NCBI GenBank assembly: GCA_964291395.2
Contig: OZ219858.1
Span: 960,001 to 1,024,000 of the forward strand
Direction: 5' to 3'
DNA: 64,000 nucleotides
Source: Alphaproteobacteria bacterium
Lineage (GTDB): Bacteria > Pseudomonadota > Alphaproteobacteria > UBA2966
Shown: positions 31,148 through 41,422 of the stretch, piece by piece
How positions within the stretch are numbered: the stretch's first letter is position 1
Layout: each line of letters starts with the position of its first letter
Position numbers and translations under genes: made by a program
Notes under the pieces: model-generated
What the model saw: only the letters and a program-made list of their open reading frames with translations
Database searches by the model: none
What the model was told of the DNA's origin: nothing

Positions 31148-31624
31148 ATGAAGACGTTCAAGTTCTTACTTATCGGTGCCATGGCGCTGTCGCTGGCGGC
31201 ATGCACGGAGTCATCCGGCCCCAAGCAGCAAGTCGGAACCTTGCTGGGCGCGGCAGCCGGCGCCGTCGCCGGTGCGCAGGTCGGCAGGGGAAAGGGTCAG
31301 CTCGCCGCGACGGCCGTGGGGACCCTGCTCGGAGCGCTCGCCGGCAGCGAGATCGGCAAATCGCTCGATCGGGCGGATATGGCTTACTTGCGGCAGACGC
31401 AGCAGAAGGCGCTCGAGACCGTTCCGTCCGGATCGTCGACCTCCTGGGTGAATCCGGATTCCGGAAACTCCGGTCAGGTCACGCCGCAACGGACGTATCA
31501 GAACGCGAGCGGCACCTATTGCCGGGAGTTTCAGCAAACGGTGACGGTTGGCGGCAATACCGAGTCGGCGTATGGCACGGCCTGCCGTCAGCCCGACGGC
31601 ACGTGGAAGATCATCAGCGGCTGA
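31148..31624 (+). CDS. 17-kDa surface-antigen-like glycine-zipper lipoprotein (RT0821/Lpp0805 family)
   Basis: Lipobox LAAC, glycine zipper, [26 protein letters not shown]. Confidence 0.9.
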   Translation: MKTFKFLLIGAMALSLAACTESSGPKQQVGTLLGAAAGAVAGAQVGRGKGQLAATAVGTLLGALAGSEIGKSLDRADMAYLRQTQQKALETVPSGSSTSWVNPDSGNSGQVTPQRTYQNASGTYCREFQQTVTVGGNTESAYGTACRQPDGTWKIISG

Positions 31625-31650
31625 GCGCCGGCATCCACCTGGGCGGGCTG

Positions 31651-31679
31651 CGGCGGTTCGGGCTGGGCTCGAACCGCCG
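31651..31679 (+). terminator. GC-rich hairpin after the lipoprotein gene (terminator or mRNA stabiliser)
   Basis: cggcggttcgggc-tgg-gctcgaaccgccg stem-loop; no U-tract. Confidence 0.4.
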
Positions 31680-31706
31680 TCGGTCGGCTCACGCCGCGAA
31701 ACGGTT

Positions 31707-32693
31707 ATGGGCGGGAAACGCTGGATAGCTGCCGCAGCATTCATCGTATGCACGGCGACCGTCGCGCGCGCGGATTTTGCCGCCGGTCTCAGGTCCTACG
31801 AGACCGGTGACTATTCCACCGCCTACAAGGAGTGGCTGCCGCTCGCCGAAGCGGGAGATCCGGCCGCGCAACGCAACCTCGGACACCTCTACCGTCTCGG
31901 CCGGGGAGTGACGAAGGATTTCGTCAAGGCGGTGGAGTGGTACCGCAAGTCTGCCGAGCAGGGATTCTCGCGGGCGCAGGCGAATCTCGGCAACATGTAC
32001 CTGCTCGGACAAGGCGTGCCCAGGGACCCGGCCACGGCCGCGCGATGGTTCGGTCGGGCGGCCAGACAGGACCACCCCATCGCGCAATACAACCTCGGCC
32101 TGATGTACGAGAACGGAATCGGGATGAGCCGGGACGACGTCGCCGCGCTCGGCTGGTACTTCCGGGCCTCCAAGGCAGGGCACCGCAAGGCGGCGCAACG
32201 GCTGGCGCGGCTCGTGGCGCGGGGCGCGCCGCCGCCCGCGAACGCGGATGAGCGCCCGCGGCTCGCCGGCGCGCAACGGGGCGAACCCGCGCTGCCGCCG
32301 TCCGGTGATCCCGAACGCGCACGGCCCGGCGGCCTGAGCCCCGAAGAGCCGGCCCCCGCGCGAGATACCGCGTCCGCGGCCCCTGAGGAAACGCCGGATG
32401 CGGGGCTCGGCGTTGCGCTGGATGCGGGCATGTCCGCTTACCGGGCACACGACTATGAATCGGCGTTCCGGCATTGGCTGCCGCGCGCCGAAAGCGGGGA
32501 TTCGCATGCCCAGTTCTTCGTCGGCGGCCTTTACCGGGACGGTGCCGGCGTTCCCGTGGACCCGGTCAGGGCCTATCACTGGTGGGCATTGGCGGCGGCT
32601 CAGGGACACCCGCAGGCCGACAGGCTCCTGGCTGGACTCAGGGCTGAAATGCTGCCCAAGGAGATCGCCGCGGCACGAGAGCTGAGCGAATAG
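31707..32693 (+). CDS. Secreted Sel1-like repeat protein
   Basis: Signal peptide MGGKRWIAAAAF...ARA; repeated AQxNLGxxYxxGxGVxxDxxxAxxWY units and a Pro-rich linker. Confidence 0.9.
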   Translation: MGGKRWIAAAAFIVCTATVARADFAAGLRSYETGDYSTAYKEWLPLAEAGDPAAQRNLGHLYRLGRGVTKDFVKAVEWYRKSAEQGFSRAQANLGNMYLLGQGVPRDPATAARWFGRAARQDHPIAQYNLGLMYENGIGMSRDDVAALGWYFRASKAGHRKAAQRLARLVARGAPPPANADERPRLAGAQRGEPALPPSGDPERARPGGLSPEEPAPARDTASAAPEETPDAGLGVALDAGMSAYRAHDYESAFRHWLPRAESGDSHAQFFVGGLYRDGAGVPVDPVRAYHWWALAAAQGHPQADRLLAGLRAEMLPKEIAAARELSE

Positions 32694-32816
32694 GACGGTC
32701 CTTCCTCGTCGGTTCGTGACGAAACCGGTCGTAACCTCGTGACGGTTTTTGACGGGTTTTGGCTTTCATGTAGGATACCGCCGCCTTTCCGGAGATCTCT
32801 GTGTTGAGAGGAGTGT

Positions 32817-33647
32817 ATGGGCGATTCTGCGCCGCTGCTGGCCGGGAAGCGGGGTTTGATCATGGGCGTGGCGAACGAGCGGTCGATCGCCTGGGGTATT
32901 GCGCGCGCCTTGTCGGAACATGGGGCGGAACTCGCCTTCACGTATCAGGGCGATACCATGGCGAAACGCGTCAAACCTCTGGCGGAGTCCCTCGGTTCTT
33001 CGATCGTCGAGGACTGCGACGTGACCGATGCGGCCAGTATCGACGCGGTGTTCGATACGGTCGGGAAGGCGTGGGGCACGCTCGACTTTCTCGTGCACGC
33101 GATCGCGTTCTCCGACCGGAAGGAGCTGAGCGGTCGCTACGTCGACACCAGCCCGGACAACTTCGCCATGACGATGAACGTCAGCTGCTACTCGTTGACC
33201 GCCGTCTGTCAGCGGGCCGAAGCCCTGATGGGCAACGGCGGCAGTATCCTGACCATGACTTACTATGGCGCGGAAAAGGTAACGCCCCATTACAACGTGA
33301 TGGGGGTCGCAAAGGCCGCCCTCGAGGCAAGTGTCCGCTATCTCGCCGCCGACCTTGGCGGCAAGAACATCCGGGTGAACGCGGTTTCCGCGGGACCGAT
33401 CAGGACGCTGGCGGCGTCGGGTATTGGAGACTTTCGGTATATCCTGAAGTGGAACGAGTTGAATTCTCCGTTGAAGCACAACACGACGACGGACGAAGTC
33501 GGCGGCGCTGCCGTCTACCTCTTGAGCGATCTGAGTCGCGGCGTGACGGGAGAGATTCACCACGTCGACAGCGGCTACCACGTCGTCGGTATGAAAGCCG
33601 TGGACGCGCCCGACATCTCCGTGGTCCAGGGAACCGGGAACGGCTGA
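32817..33647 (+). CDS. fabI: Enoyl-ACP reductase
   Basis: GVANERSIAWGIA, YNVMGVAKAALEA, AGPIRTLAA. Confidence 0.97.
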   Translation: MGDSAPLLAGKRGLIMGVANERSIAWGIARALSEHGAELAFTYQGDTMAKRVKPLAESLGSSIVEDCDVTDAASIDAVFDTVGKAWGTLDFLVHAIAFSDRKELSGRYVDTSPDNFAMTMNVSCYSLTAVCQRAEALMGNGGSILTMTYYGAEKVTPHYNVMGVAKAALEASVRYLAADLGGKNIRVNAVSAGPIRTLAASGIGDFRYILKWNELNSPLKHNTTTDEVGGAAVYLLSDLSRGVTGEIHHVDSGYHVVGMKAVDAPDISVVQGTGNG

Positions 33648-33730
33648 GATCGATTGCGATGGCCCGCGTTTGCGCGCCGGCGATTCAGGCGCCATCCACG
33701 ATGCCTTGACCCCCAGGACACTTTGACCTC

Positions 33731-34801
33731 ATGTCCCACAACACCTTCGGTCATCTGTTCCGTGTCACCACTTGGGGTGAGAGCCATGGGACGGCTATCG
33801 GCTGCGTGGTCGACGGGGTCCCGCCCCGGCTCCCCCTGGCCGAGCCCGACATCCAGCACTGGCTGAATCGGCGCCGTCCCGGCCAGAGTCGCTATGTGAG
33901 TCAGCGCCGGGAACCCGATACTGTCCAGATCATGTCCGGCGTGTTCGATGGCCAGACGACCGGAACGCCGATCAATCTGATGATCGAGAATCTCGACGCG
34001 CGGTCCAAGGATTACGGCGACATCAAGGACAAGTATCGGCCGGGACACGCGGATTTCACCTACCGGCAGAAGTACGGCATCCGGGACTGGCGCGGCAGCG
34101 GCCGGGCGTCCGCGCGTGAGACGGCCTGTCGCGTCGCCGCCGGTGCGGTCGCGCGCAAGGTGCTCGGGGACAAGATCGCCGTGCGCGGCGCCCTGGTGCA
34201 ACTGGGACCGCATGCGATCGATCGGGAGCGCTGGGACTGGGAGGCTACCGAAGACAATCCCTTCTGGTGCCCGGATCCCGGTGCCGAGGCGGAGTGGGCC
34301 GGGTTTCTCGAGTCCGTGCGCAAGCGGGGATCATCCGTCGGGGCCGTCGTCGAGGTCGTTGCGAGCGGGGTGCCGCCGGGACTGGGCGCCCCTCTCTACG
34401 GCAAGCTCGATGCCGACCTGGCGGCCGCCATGATGAGCATCAATGCCGTCAAGGGCGTGGAAATTGGCGCCGGTTTCGGCGCCGCCGCGCTCGGCGGAGA
34501 AGAGAACGCCGACGAGATGCGGATGCGGGGGCGCAAGCCGGTCTTCCTGTCCAACAACGCGGGCGGCGTGCTCGGCGGCATCTCGACCGGCCAGGATGTG
34601 GTGGTGCGGTTCGCCGTCAAACCGACGTCGAGCATCTCGGTTCCCGGCCGCACCGTCGACGAGCGGGGACGGAACGTCGATGTCGCGACCAAGGGCCGCC
34701 ATGATCCCTGCGTCGGCATTCGCGCTGTCCCGGTGGGTGAAGCCATGATGGCCTGCGTCCTCGCCGATCACCTGCTTCGGCATCGGGCGCAGTGCGGCTA
34801 G
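33731..34801 (+). CDS. aroC: Chorismate synthase
   Basis: [34 protein letters not shown]. Confidence 0.98.
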   Translation: MSHNTFGHLFRVTTWGESHGTAIGCVVDGVPPRLPLAEPDIQHWLNRRRPGQSRYVSQRREPDTVQIMSGVFDGQTTGTPINLMIENLDARSKDYGDIKDKYRPGHADFTYRQKYGIRDWRGSGRASARETACRVAAGAVARKVLGDKIAVRGALVQLGPHAIDRERWDWEATEDNPFWCPDPGAEAEWAGFLESVRKRGSSVGAVVEVVASGVPPGLGAPLYGKLDADLAAAMMSINAVKGVEIGAGFGAAALGGEENADEMRMRGRKPVFLSNNAGGVLGGISTGQDVVVRFAVKPTSSISVPGRTVDERGRNVDVATKGRHDPCVGIRAVPVGEAMMACVLADHLLRHRAQCG

Positions 34802-34905
34802 GGGCCGGACCGGGGCGTTTCCGCGTCCGGTATCTCGGTCGATTTCGTGTCCCCTGGATGCCGGGGGTGTCGCTGGCAAGTGGAATTGTCCGGCGCTCTT
34901 TCGCT

Positions 34906-36678
34906 TCACGGGCTCTCGCGTTCGTCCTGGACGAACATCTCTTCCAGCTCGCGGGTCCAGTGCCTGGCCTCCTCGGCCATGCGGTCGATATCGTGCGCGA
35001 TCTCGTGCTGCTGGATCAGGTGCGCGGTATCGTGCTCGCGGAAGGTATCGACCGTGTGCCGGCTTTCGAAGTCGCCGAGGCCCAGCTCCATCAGGACTCC
35101 GTGGGCAAGCTCGAGGCTCGAATGGAACGTGTCACGCACGACGTGGGCGATGCCGAGATCCATCAACGCATAGGCGTGCTGGCGGTTGCGCGCGCGGGCG
35201 AAGACCGTCAGATGGGGGAAGTGCTTGCGCACGGCCCGCGCCGTGGCAAGCGAGCGCTCGACGTCCTCGATCGCGAGCACGAAGAGCACGGCCTTGTCGG
35301 CCCTGGCGGCGCGCAGCAGCTCCACGCGGGTCGCGTCGCCGTAGTAGACCTTGTTGCCGAAGCGGCGCACGAAATCGACCTGTTCGGCGCTGGTCTCCAG
35401 CGCCGTGAAGCCGATGCGGCGGACCCGCAGGATGCGGCCCACGATCTGGCCGACCCGGCCGAAGCCGGCGATGATGACCCGGTTCTCCTCTTCGATGTGG
35501 CGCTCGTACGCCGGCTCCGTCTCCCGCCTGATGCGGGCGTTCAGCCAGTCGTTCGCCTTGAAGGCGAGAGGCGTCGCCGCCATCGAGAGCGTCACCACGA
35601 CGATCAGCAGGTCGGCCGTGCGTTCGTCCATCAGCGAGGAGCCCACACCGACGGTGAGGATCACGAAGGCGAACTCGCCGCCTTGCGCGAGCGTCACGGC
35701 CGTGCCGCGGACGGTCCGCCAGCTCGGCGTGTCGAGGCGCACGATGGCGAACAGGCAGAGCGTCTTCACGAGCATGAGACCGAGGGCGAGGCCGAGCACG
35801 GTGAGCGGGGTCTCGATCACCAATCCGATGTTGACGGTCATGCCGACCGCCATGAAGAACAGTCCCAGAAGCAGGCCCTTGAAGGGTTCGATGTCGGCTT
35901 CCAGCTCGTGCCGGTACTCGGATTCGGCGAGCAGCACTCCCGCCAGGAACGCGCCCAGCGCCATCGAGAGACCGACGAGTTCCATCAGAAGCGCGACGCC
36001 CACCACCGTGAGAAGCGTCGTGGCGGTGAACACTTCATGCGTGCCGAACCGCGCCACGAGCCTCAGGACATAGCGCAAGAGATAGCGGCCGCCGAAGACC
36101 ACGAGCGCGATCATGCCCACTGCCTTGGCGACGCCGAGCCAGACCATCCCGCCCTCGGCGCCTCCGGACGCGGGCGCCAGCAGCGGCAGGAGGGCCAGCA
36201 TCGGGATCACCGCGATGTCCTGGAACAGCAGGATCGAGAACGACAGGCGGCCGTGGCGGGTCGCAAGCTCGTTGCGCTCGGCCAGCGTCTGCAGGCCGAA
36301 GGCGGTCGAGGACAGCGACAGGGCAAGCCCTGCCACCACGGCGGTCTCCAGGGGCAGCCCGAACGCCATGGCGAGGCAGGCGAGGGCGGCTGCGGTCAGC
36401 GCAACCTGTCCGCCGCCCAGCCCGAACACCGCCCGGCGCATCGCCCACAGGCGGCGCGGCTGCAGTTCGAGACCGATGACGAACAGCAGGAGGACGACGC
36501 CGAACTCCGCGAAATGGAGGATCTCCTGCTCGTCGTGGACCAGGTCCAGCGCCCAGGGTCCCACGATCACGCCCGCCAGCATGTAGCCCAGCACCGAGCC
36601 CAGCCCGGCTCGCCTGGCGAGCGGGACGACGATCGCGGCGGCGGCGAGAAAGATCGCGACCTGTTCGAGAAAAGCCAT
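34906..36678 (-). CDS. kefC: Glutathione-regulated K+ efflux protein (CPA2 family, KefC/KefB-like)
   Basis: LSSTA, LLFQD, ESEYRHELEADIEPFKGLLLGLFF, QGGEFAF; KTN domain IIAGFGRVG. Confidence 0.9.
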   Translation of the reverse strand: MAFLEQVAIFLAAAAIVVPLARRAGLGSVLGYMLAGVIVGPWALDLVHDEQEILHFAEFGVVLLLFVIGLELQPRRLWAMRRAVFGLGGGQVALTAAALACLAMAFGLPLETAVVAGLALSLSSTAFGLQTLAERNELATRHGRLSFSILLFQDIAVIPMLALLPLLAPASGGAEGGMVWLGVAKAVGMIALVVFGGRYLLRYVLRLVARFGTHEVFTATTLLTVVGVALLMELVGLSMALGAFLAGVLLAESEYRHELEADIEPFKGLLLGLFFMAVGMTVNIGLVIETPLTVLGLALGLMLVKTLCLFAIVRLDTPSWRTVRGTAVTLAQGGEFAFVILTVGVGSSLMDERTADLLIVVVTLSMAATPLAFKANDWLNARIRRETEPAYERHIEEENRVIIAGFGRVGQIVGRILRVRRIGFTALETSAEQVDFVRRFGNKVYYGDATRVELLRAARADKAVLFVLAIEDVERSLATARAVRKHFPHLTVFARARNRQHAYALMDLGIAHVVRDTFHSSLELAHGVLMELGLGDFESRHTVDTFREHDTAHLIQQHEIAHDIDRMAEEARHWTRELEEMFVQDERESP

Positions 36679-36841
36679 TTGTGTACCCCTTCGTCTCGGT
36701 CTGCGCCGGCCGTTCCGTCCAGCCCGTCACCGAAGTCCTGTCGGACTCCTACCGGGACTGAGCGAGGCGGCGGCCCGGGCGAACGTGATGATACGGCCCG
36801 GGGATCGGTCGGTGGCAGGGCGCCGTCGCGCCACCGCGGAG

Positions 36842-37597
36842 TCAGGCGGCGGCGCCGAGCTTCGCCGCGACCAGAAACTCCCGGTTTCCTTCGGGTCCCC
36901 GGATGGGACTCTCCGAAACCCCCAACGCCCGCCAGCCGGATTGGCGTTCGATGAAGCCTTGAATCCGCTCGCATACCTCGTCGTGCAGGCGGGGATCGCG
37001 CACGACGCCGTTCTTCCCGATCCGGTCCCGGCCGACCTCGAACTGCGGCTTGATCAAGGCGACGAGCGTGGCGGGAGATGCCGCCAGCTTCATCGCCGGC
37101 GGCAGCGCGAGTTCGAGGCCGATGAAGCTGACGTCGCAGACGATCAGGTCCACGGGCTCGGGGACGTGCTCCCGTGACAGGTAGCGGGCGTTGGTGCGTT
37201 CCAGGACCACCACCCGGTCGTCCTGTCGCAGCTTCCATGCGAGCTGACCGCGGCCGACGTCGACGGCGTAAACCTTGCGGGCGCCCCCTTCGAGCAGCAC
37301 GTCCGTGAAGCCGCCCGTCGAGGCGCCGATATCGACGGCGACGGCGCCCGATGCGGAGAGACCGAAGTGCTTCAAGGCGTGCGCCAGCTTGATGCCGCCC
37401 CGGCTGACCCAGGGATGCGCCGCTCCCCTGACGGTCAGCGGCGTGTCCCGGGGAAACGCGGCGCCGGGCTTGTCGATTCGCCGCTCTTCGCAAAACACGT
37501 TGCCGGCCATGACCAGCGCCTTGGCCTTTTCGCGGGACGCCGCCAGTCCCCGCTCCACGAGAAGCTGGTCGACCCGAACCTTGGCGGGCTTTGCCAT
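36842..37597 (-). CDS. tlyA: TlyA-family rRNA methyltransferase
   Basis: S4-like N-terminus, VSRGGIKL, DIGASTGGFTD, DVSFI, LIKPQFE, GPEGNREF. Confidence 0.96.
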   Translation of the reverse strand: MAKPAKVRVDQLLVERGLAASREKAKALVMAGNVFCEERRIDKPGAAFPRDTPLTVRGAAHPWVSRGGIKLAHALKHFGLSASGAVAVDIGASTGGFTDVLLEGGARKVYAVDVGRGQLAWKLRQDDRVVVLERTNARYLSREHVPEPVDLIVCDVSFIGLELALPPAMKLAASPATLVALIKPQFEVGRDRIGKNGVVRDPRLHDEVCERIQGFIERQSGWRALGVSESPIRGPEGNREFLVAAKLGAAA

Positions 37598-37658
37598 ATG
37601 CGCGATTCTACGTCACGGTCGGAGGGAACCGGGAGAGACGAACGGCCTCGCCCGGGCG

Positions 37659-37715
37659 CTCGGCAAGGATCTCGAACGCAAGCGTGAGCAGCGCGGCACC
37701 GGAAAGAATGGCGGT
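37659..37715 (-). pseudogene. ispA: 19-codon internal relic of farnesyl diphosphate synthase
   Basis: [19 protein letters not shown] directly after the xseB stop matches the IspA helix ATAILAGDALLTLAFEIL, at the expected xseB-ispA-dxs-tlyA position. Confidence 0.75.
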
Positions 37716-37984
37716 CAGGACAAGTCCGCGGGCTCCGAGGCCACATCGCCATCCGGGCTGAGCACGATCCTCTCGATTTTCTCCTCGGCGGCGCGGAGCT
37801 TGGCCTCGCAATGACGCTTGAGCTGGGCGCCGCGCGTGTAGATTTCGATGGACTCTTCGAGACTCGCGTCGCCCGCCTCGAGCCGCCGGACGATGTCCTC
37901 GAGCTCCGCCAGTCCTTCTTCGAAGCTGAGCTTCGCGATCTCGGCGGGGACGGGCGCGTCGTCGTCCGATTTCGCCTTCGCCAT
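37715..37984 (-). CDS. xseB: Exodeoxyribonuclease VII small subunit
   Basis: [38 protein letters not shown]; AGGAGG RBS. Confidence 0.96.
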   Translation of the reverse strand: MAKAKSDDDAPVPAEIAKLSFEEGLAELEDIVRRLEAGDASLEESIEIYTRGAQLKRHCEAKLRAAEEKIERIVLSPDGDVASEPADLS

Positions 37985-38051
37985 GCAACCTCCTGATTTT
38001 CCGGGAGTTTAGGCCCGGCGGCTGTACCGGACAAGGAAACGCCCGTGAGCG

Positions 38052-38107
38052 CGCGCTACGCGCCCGTCGATTCCAAGGACGCACGCCTCCGTCGGGCGGG
38101 CCGGCGC
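38052..38107 (-). repeat. Degenerate copy of the 3' end of the HDAC-family gene (left island boundary)
   Basis: 47/56 identity to 51882-51936 (8 transitions, 1 gap), including the stop codon. Confidence 0.85.
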
Positions 38108-38159
38108 GCGCGCCGGGCTCGAGGGGTGGGACTGCAGGCCGGGCCTCGGCGGAGCGCCT

Positions 38160-38975
38160 TCAGCGCGCCCGTCTCAGGCTGGTCTGGCTGAAATCGCGGT
38201 CCGTCAGATCGGTCCGGAACTTGAAGTCCGTCCAGGTCAGGAGCGTGCTCTTGCCGGTAAGGTGGTTGACCATCGACATTTCCGCCGCCCGCCAGTAGCG
38301 CTCCAGAAAGCGTTCGTACTTGCCGAGCGTCAGCGTCTTCAGATGCGCGTCCTTGCGATCGTAGTACTCGATTTTCCAGATGCGGAGCTCGTCCCGGTCG
38401 CGCCAGACGACCTGCCGGCGGTAGCCGGATCCTTTCTCCACCGGCACGGCCTCGACGAGCGTGCACGTCGACTCCCCACACGCCTCGTCGCGCAGATGGC
38501 GGTACCTGTACTTCTCCACCTCCGGGGCGCCGAGATCCTCATAGGAGAATTCGCTGCCCATGAAGGAGCCGGACCGGTTCGACGAGCTGATGCGCTTGAC
38601 CCGTTTCAGCGCAGGCAGGTAGAGCCACTGGTCGTCCGCTCCTTCCCGGTGGGCGTGAATGAGTAGCGCGGTCCCTTTGACGCCCCGCGGCTCGTCGAAC
38701 ACGAACAGGCTCTTGTTGCCGTCGTCGGCAACTTCGAGGACTTTGATCCGAAGCTGCCGCCGGCTTTCCTGCCCCTGCTTGTTGCGCAGCACCATGGTTT
38801 GGCTGGCCGTGAAGTTGCCGAACCCCGTGTCCCGTTCGCGAGCCTCGGTGGCGATCCTGAGGCCGGCTTCCTCGGCGCTTTCCGCGCTCGCCGGCGCCGG
38901 CATCGAGAGGACCGCCGGCAGGGTCAGGCAACACGCGGCAAACACGGACCAGACGAAACGGGCTCGGGCGGTCAT
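38160..38975 (-). CDS. Outer membrane lipoprotein-sorting protein (LolA-like)
   Basis: Signal peptide; VKGTALL, DDQWLYLPALKRVKRISS, SFMGSEFSYEDL, YYDRKDAHLKTL. Confidence 0.9.
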   Translation of the reverse strand: MTARARFVWSVFAACCLTLPAVLSMPAPASAESAEEAGLRIATEARERDTGFGNFTASQTMVLRNKQGQESRRQLRIKVLEVADDGNKSLFVFDEPRGVKGTALLIHAHREGADDQWLYLPALKRVKRISSSNRSGSFMGSEFSYEDLGAPEVEKYRYRHLRDEACGESTCTLVEAVPVEKGSGYRRQVVWRDRDELRIWKIEYYDRKDAHLKTLTLGKYERFLERYWRAAEMSMVNHLTGKSTLLTWTDFKFRTDLTDRDFSQTSLRRAR

Positions 38976-41263
38976 GGCTTCCTCCGATCAAGAGCCATCA
39001 GCAAGGGTGGGAGCAGCAGAAAATCGGCAAGGAGGGCGAAGACGATCGTGAGCGTGACCAGGAGGCCGAGCGCCCAGCTGACCTCGAACCCCGATGAGGC
39101 GAACACCAGGAATCCGAGGGCCAGGATAGCGGTCGTGGTCCACAACGCGTGACCGACGGTCTGAAAAGCGGTACGCACCGCCTCGGAGGCGGAAAGGCCC
39201 TCGCGGCGGGCCTTCAGGTACTTGCTCAGAAAATGGATCGTATCGTCAACGATGATACCGAAGGCGATCGCGGTCATGACCGAACCGGCGAGACCCACAC
39301 GGCCGACCATATGGCCCCACAGGCCCAAGCTCGCGGCCGCAGGGATGAAGTTGGGCACGAGACTGAGCAGACCGACGCGCACGTTCCTGAAGACGACGAT
39401 CAACAGCAATGAAATGAGGCCCATCGCGATGATCGTGCCGGTGAGCATGCTTTTGATGTTCCGCTGGGACAGATGAGCGAAAACGATACTGACACCCGAC
39501 GCCTCGGACGCCAGGTCGGGCGCGTTGGCCCGGATCCATGCCTGCGCGCGCGCATCCAGCTCGCGCTGGCCCTGAGAGGTGAGGCTGCGGAGCACGACGG
39601 TCATCCGGGTTGCGGATTTGGCGACGTCTATGCGGTTGTTGAGGTCCCGGCCGAAGGGCAGCGAAAGCTCGTAAAGCAGCAAATATTGCGCGGAGAGTTC
39701 GGGATCGTCCGGCAGCCGGTGATAGGCCGGGTCGTCGCCGTGCATGTTCTTGTTCAGACGCTTCATGATGTCCGGAAATGCCTGGACATGGCTGACTTCA
39801 GGCTGCTTTCGGTACCACTCGGCGAAGGAATCGACCTTCTGCAGATATGCGGGATCGGTGACACCCTCTTCGCGCCCCGACCTCAGCGAGTATTCCAGCG
39901 TTTCCATGCCGGTCAGGTTTTCGATGACGAAGTCCGTGTCCTGTCGGAACTGATAACGCTCGCTGAGGTATTGCGTCCAATTGTCGGTCAGCTCGAGGCG
40001 GGGAACGCCGGTGACCAGAGCGACCGCCAGGACGGCGGAGCACCAGAGCAGAATCTTGCGGCGCGCGACGACGAAGGCGCCGAAGCGGTCGAAGAACCCG
40101 GCCTTTCCGGTGCCGGCGGGTCGCGCGCGCAACGGCAGGATCGAAAGCAGCGCCGGCAGGAGTGTCATGGAATAGACGTAGGCGCAGAACACGCCGAACG
40201 CCACGAGATTGCCGAGGACGCGGAAAGGCGGCGAGTCGGAGGCGTTCAGGCTGAGGAAGCCGATGACTGTCGTGGCCGTGGTGAGAAACACCGGCCAGGC
40301 ATTGACGCGAAGCGAGTCGGTGACCGCCGCATTCCGGTCCAGACCCCGGCTCATACCCGACAGGGTCGTCTCGACGATGTGGACCGAGTGTGCGACAGCC
40401 ACCGTCATCACGATTATGGGTACGCCGGAATTGGCCGGATTGAACACCGTACCGAGCCAGCCCGCGAAGCCCACCGTGGTGTTGATGACGAACACCAGCA
40501 CGGCGGCGATCGCCGCTGTTCCGAATACGGAACGTAGAAGGACGGCCGCGACGACCGTGATGATCAGGAACACGATCGGCGCAAGCGATTCGAGATCGTC
40601 CTTCGTGGCGTCGGCGAATGCGCGGTTCAGGGGAACGTCGCCGGTCAAGTAATAGGCGATGTCGGGATGGCTGGTTCTGGCCTCGTCGAGAATGCCGTCG
40701 AGATAATCGGTGATCTCGATCACTGCGGCGTCGGGGTTTTCGGGCAGGGCGAAACTGATCGCCAGCCCGGCCGCTCTTCCGTCGTGCGAAACCAGTCGCC
40801 CGGCAATGTCGACGGCGTTCAGCGCGGTCTCCTCGACCCGGGCCAGGTCGGCGTCCTTCAGCGTGCTCGCGCCTTCGACGAGCGGCTCGACGATCAACTC
40901 GTCGCCGTTCGCCCGACTGTGGGAATAATTGGTGAGCGAATCGACCCGGGTGGAATGAGGTGCGCGCCACGCTGCGTCGGTCAGTTCTTCTATGGCTCCC
41001 AGCGTCTCGCGGCTGAACACCGAGCCCTTTCGGGGTGCGATGGCGATCAACGCCGTATTGGATGCGCCGTAGGTATTCTCAAAGGCATTCAATGCGGAAA
41101 GCTGCGGATTGTCCTGGTCGAACAGACTGCGGTAGTCATTGGTGACGCTGACGAAACCGACGCCCGCCGTCACGGCCAGCATGATCAGCGCGGCGAGCAG
41201 GAGGACCGGCCAGCGATAGCGCAGGATGAAGGCGGTGTAACGGCCCAGGCGCTCAGCGGTCAT
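38972..41263 (-). CDS. MMPL-family RND exporter
   Basis: ATG at 41263; two membrane repeats; LTTATTVIGFLSL, FGIIVDDTIHF, GFLVFASSGF. Confidence 0.92.
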   Translation of the reverse strand: MTAERLGRYTAFILRYRWPVLLLAALIMLAVTAGVGFVSVTNDYRSLFDQDNPQLSALNAFENTYGASNTALIAIAPRKGSVFSRETLGAIEELTDAAWRAPHSTRVDSLTNYSHSRANGDELIVEPLVEGASTLKDADLARVEETALNAVDIAGRLVSHDGRAAGLAISFALPENPDAAVIEITDYLDGILDEARTSHPDIAYYLTGDVPLNRAFADATKDDLESLAPIVFLIITVVAAVLLRSVFGTAAIAAVLVFVINTTVGFAGWLGTVFNPANSGVPIIVMTVAVAHSVHIVETTLSGMSRGLDRNAAVTDSLRVNAWPVFLTTATTVIGFLSLNASDSPPFRVLGNLVAFGVFCAYVYSMTLLPALLSILPLRARPAGTGKAGFFDRFGAFVVARRKILLWCSAVLAVALVTGVPRLELTDNWTQYLSERYQFRQDTDFVIENLTGMETLEYSLRSGREEGVTDPAYLQKVDSFAEWYRKQPEVSHVQAFPDIMKRLNKNMHGDDPAYHRLPDDPELSAQYLLLYELSLPFGRDLNNRIDVAKSATRMTVVLRSLTSQGQRELDARAQAWIRANAPDLASEASGVSIVFAHLSQRNIKSMLTGTIIAMGLISLLLIVVFRNVRVGLLSLVPNFIPAAASLGLWGHMVGRVGLAGSVMTAIAFGIIVDDTIHFLSKYLKARREGLSASEAVRTAFQTVGHALWTTTAILALGFLVFASSGFEVSWALGLLVTLTIVFALLADFLLLPPLLMALDRRKP

Positions 41264-41422
41264 CGCTTCGGCTCTCGCTGGCGGAGAGGGGTAGCCGGCC
41301 TGCCGGATTGAGCGCAGGGCGGCCTGCACGCGGCGGGCTGTGGACCGCGTGGTGCCAAACGGTCGGTTCCTCGGCTTCCCGTCATCGCAGGGAGGACATC
41401 ACGATCGCAATGCAGGCGGTGC

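Noticed and set aside
25720-34880. Weak similarity between the intergenic segments near 25720-25750 and 34850-34880 (tcccct..tgccgg..tgtcgc) as a MITE/REP family
   Set aside because: Short, gapped and GC-rich; only two copies and no terminal repeats
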